Source of the DNA: Tubulanus polymorphus
Lineage: Eukaryota; Animalia; Nemertea
Direction of reading: 5' to 3'
NCBI RefSeq assembly: GCF_964204645.1
Contig: NC_134031.1
Location: forward strand, 10,976,088-11,040,087
DNA length: 64,000 nt
Shown piece by piece: positions 60,678 to 64,000 of this stretch. The notes below the pieces were generated by a model. It was not told the origin of the DNA. It did no database searches and worked only from the letters and a program-made list of their open reading frames with translations. Numbering within the stretch: position 1 is the stretch's first letter; every line of letters begins with the position of its first letter. The position numbers and the translations under genes are program-made.

Positions 60678-60955
60678 ATTCAACTAGCTTGTTAATCTAT
60701 TACATATTTAGTTACAATCTAGTTGAATTCTAGTTATTGGTAATTGAAACAAAAAAATAAATAAAAACAACAATATTTTAACTAGCTTGTTAATCTAGTA
60801 TATTTTTAGTTACATTCTAGTTGAATTCTAGTTATTGGTAGTTGGAACAAAAATCATCTAGATTTAACAAGAAATAAATAAAAACAATAATAATTCAACT
60901 AGTTTGTTGATCTAGTTGATTTTTAGTTACATTCTAGTTAAATTCTAGTTGCAAC
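60678..60955. repeat. Intergenic AACTAG/CTAGTT hairpin repeats (inverted homolog at 8360-8540)
   Basis: Three ~100-118 bp units, each beginning AACTAG and containing CTAGTT. Confidence 0.7.
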
Positions 60956-60984
60956 ATCACAACTAATTTTTTTTCGTTATATAA

Positions 60985-61890
60985 ATGGGAGGTAAAAAGA
61001 AAATAAAATCTAAAAACGGTGATGTTCCAATTGAAAAAACTTTAAATGATTTAGGAATAACAGAAACAAAATTAACTCCAGATGATGGTGCTTTAAATAA
61101 TGTTACAACAAATAATAATTATGAATATTATCTTTATTGTAAACATCAATTAGAAATATTAATAGCATCTGGGAAATGTAAAAGTTTTATTAGTAAAAAT
61201 TTAACTTATAATGAATTAGATACAATGAAATCGGATGAAATTATTAAATTATTTAAGATTCATGAAACTGCGAGAATAGCTAGAATTAATGACGGGATAT
61301 CAGAAAATGAAGTAAAAGGTTTTAGTAAATTATGTAATTATATGCTACCAATTCAAGATGAAAATAGATTATATTCCGATTTAAAAAATGATTATTTAGT
61401 TATGACCGAATTTAATAAATGGATTGGATATTTATCATTTCAATTAGGTGGATTTATGTCATTATTATCAACTGGAGTTATAACATTTTCGAATATTGAA
61501 AGTAAAAATTTTTCTACAATAAATGCGCGAAGTAGAAGAAGTGAAGGAATTAACTGTGAAGAAAAACCTGAGAAGTCCGAAACAAAATGAATGGTCTCGG
61601 CAATTAGGAATTAAATCACAAGAATATAAAAAAGCTAAAAAAGAAGGAATAAATAATGACAATTTTTTAATAATAGTGAAAATATTGTTATTTCTACTCC
61701 TTCTGGTAATAGAATATTTGATAAATATTTATATTTCACAGTTGGATTTGTAATTGTATTCATTTTGATTGGGCGTAATTGGTATAAGAAATCAAATAAA
61801 ATTCATGATATTTATAACTCTGAAACAACTGCTATCAAAAATGAAAATACTTCTGAAATTCCAAAATTGACAATACAAAAAATGGATTAA
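60985..61890 (+). pseudogene. Two conserved type-A accessory genes
   Basis: Near-identical to 7440-8339 in inverted orientation. Confidence 0.75.
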
Positions 61891-62039
61891 TATTTTAGAA
61901 AAAAGCAAAAAATTATTTCGTTTTTAATTAATTGAATATCTCACTACTTTTGTCTATCTATGTGGAGCAATTAAATTGTCCAGATAAGTCATTTCGGATT
62001 CTAGATATTCATTATTTTAATTAATTAATTTTTTTAAAT

Positions 62040-62310
62040 TTAATCAACAATTTCTAAATCATGATGACCATCTTCATTTTTTCCATGATAGATTATTTTA
62101 AATCCTTCTAAATCTTTTAATTCCTCTGTACTCATTGAAACCCATTTATCCGGTAAAAATACTTTAAATTCTCGTGATGTACTAACATTGCAGTAGCTTA
62201 AATTGGCTGATATTTTATCTCCATATTTAGTTTTAACCTTTTCTAATTTCAATATTTTGTGTTCAATTTCTTTTGAAACATCGACTAACCTTTTTATTTC
62301 AAATTGTTTT
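62040..62310 (-). pseudogene. Small conserved (OB-fold-like) gene, 5' truncated
   Basis: Homolog of 20426-20701 and 28791-29144. Confidence 0.65.
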
Positions 62311-63141
62311 TTGTGCATCACAGCATCTATTTATCCGGGCACAGTTGACACGCAATCACTGTACTACAGTAATAACACACACGTTAATAACCGTTCTCAG
62401 TAGCACCTCGCTGTATCGATCTATCCACGCGCAGTTGTTGTTACGCGCACTCACTGTATATGTGTATCAAAGAGCAATCGTCCGTTCTCACTAGCGCCTA
62501 GCTGTGATGAGACTTGTGGTGATGAGAGCTAGTACTCTAGTACTCTGGGCCATCTTCTAATTACTAATATTGAAACAAAAATAGAAAATAATATTGATAC
62601 TAAAATAGAAAATAATATTGATACTAAAATAGAAAACAATGTTGAACCTAAAATAGAAGATTATATTGAAACACAAAACGAAGGTGTAACAGAATCTACC
62701 TCTAACTATAAAATAGAACAAGAAAGAAATTCTAAAAATGGGCTTGCTGACATGGTTGTACTGAAAGCTGGCTTGTTGGTTTTGTATTTCTGTAGTAGAA
62801 TTAATCGAACTTTGAACTGATTACTCTTTTAACAGCTAAGAGATCGATGTTGTCTTACATCGTACGAGTGTACGACAGGGGGGTCTTATTTGAAATGAAC
62901 CCCTATGTCTTTTTTATATTTTATTAAAATAATATTTACATATAGTATAAATTGATAAAATAAGTTAATATCAAACTCGTACTGTTTTTTAAATAAAATA
63001 CATATATAAATTACATATGTTACCCTTATCCATTTCGTCGACTCGTCCACTCATACACAATTAAAAATTCTATAATATTTCAAATTTTAAGTATTAAGGC
63101 ACCTAATACGTATCTAATACATAAATACTTAAATTATGATT

Positions 63142-63753
63142 TTATTTTATAAATTTATATTCATATGGATATTGTAGTCTCAGAAGTAATTTGGAACCTT
63201 TATTACTTTTTAATTTATTCATATATTCATCATGTAAGTCAGTAGGTATAATTTGATTTTCTTCCAGAGATTGGTGCATAGATTTTTTATCTTTATTGTA
63301 GAATAAAACTAAAAATCTAATGTTTTCTCTAAAATCTTTTACAATTGAATTATATTTTTGATTTAAAACCCAGGTTGTTATCCCAAAATGTCTTCCAGAA
63401 AAAGCTAAATAATATAACTCACTTTCTCGCATTTTTGAATCATGTAAATTAGCACAATCATCCACGATGAATAATCTATTTGATCCTTTATAAATATCAA
63501 TTGCTATTTTTATACAATTATCTAAATTTTCTTTTACTGTTTTAGGATCTAATATAATAAACTTTTTAATCTTAACTATATCCCTATTATATGCTTTATT
63601 CATTTCATGAGTAGGACAGAATAATATTATATTATCAAAATGATTCTTATAAATAGTTTCTAACAAATCTAATATGAAATGTGTTTTACCACAGTTTGTT
63701 ACACCAGTTACTAAAACATTATGCGGTTCAAATATAAATAAATTTTTATTCAT
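63142..63753 (-). CDS. Packaging ATPase of a further type-A copy
   Basis: Intact 203 aa, highly similar to 37306-37917. Confidence 0.92.
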   Translation of the reverse strand: MNKNLFIFEPHNVLVTGVTNCGKTHFILDLLETIYKNHFDNIILFCPTHEMNKAYNRDIVKIKKFIILDPKTVKENLDNCIKIAIDIYKGSNRLFIVDDCANLHDSKMRESELYYLAFSGRHFGITTWVLNQKYNSIVKDFRENIRFLVLFYNKDKKSMHQSLEENQIIPTDLHDEYMNKLKSNKGSKLLLRLQYPYEYKFIK

Positions 63754-64000
63754 TTAATCTTTTAATTTTACTAGATAAAATCCATTCATTAAATTTATCA
63801 TCGTACCCTTTATATTTCACTAAAGAATACTTTTTTCCTTTAAGATTTTTTTTTTCAATACTTTTTCTATTTTGTATTCTATTTCATCTGGATTTGGTAC
63901 AAGTGATAATTCTTGTTCATAAAAATAACCTAATATTTCTTCATCTTTTAAATCTTCTACTTTATAAACAAATGGTTCAGTTAATATTATCTTTTTAATT
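63754..64000 (-). pseudogene. Integrase C-terminus (chromodomain), continues beyond the window
   Basis: Near-identical to 37918-38165. Confidence 0.85.

Overview
Eukaryotic, very AT-rich, repeat-only window with no host gene visible. The repeat families suggest an invertebrate animal, which is inference. It is a nested cluster of Polinton/Maverick (adintovirus-like) endogenous viruses of two distinct types. Type A is very AT-rich and intronless, with several decayed copies: about 7.1-20.7 kb (mostly minus), 24.7-41 kb (near-complete gene set) and 55.9-64 kb (fragments). Type B starts at an AGTAGT terminus at 42441, runs to about 55.9 kb, and has spliceosomal introns, adenain, a TBP-like gene and a PC4-like gene. 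Also present: a piggyBac element, Penelope-like GIY-YIG fragments with hammerhead-type repeats, Helentron/Helitron-type non-autonomous repeats, MITEs and a tRNA-derived SINE head. Main finding: two type-A protein-primed PolB genes carry a LAGLIDADG intein inside the catalytic YFD|TD motif, resembling the giant-virus pol-c intein, while a third type-A copy has the empty site. Type-A genes also almost all start at a poxvirus-late-like TAAATG, and the type-A copies carry a VLTF3-like gene and an NCLDV-type HNH gene. Together this suggests a virophage-like element dependent on a large DNA virus, next to a nuclear Pol II-type Polinton.
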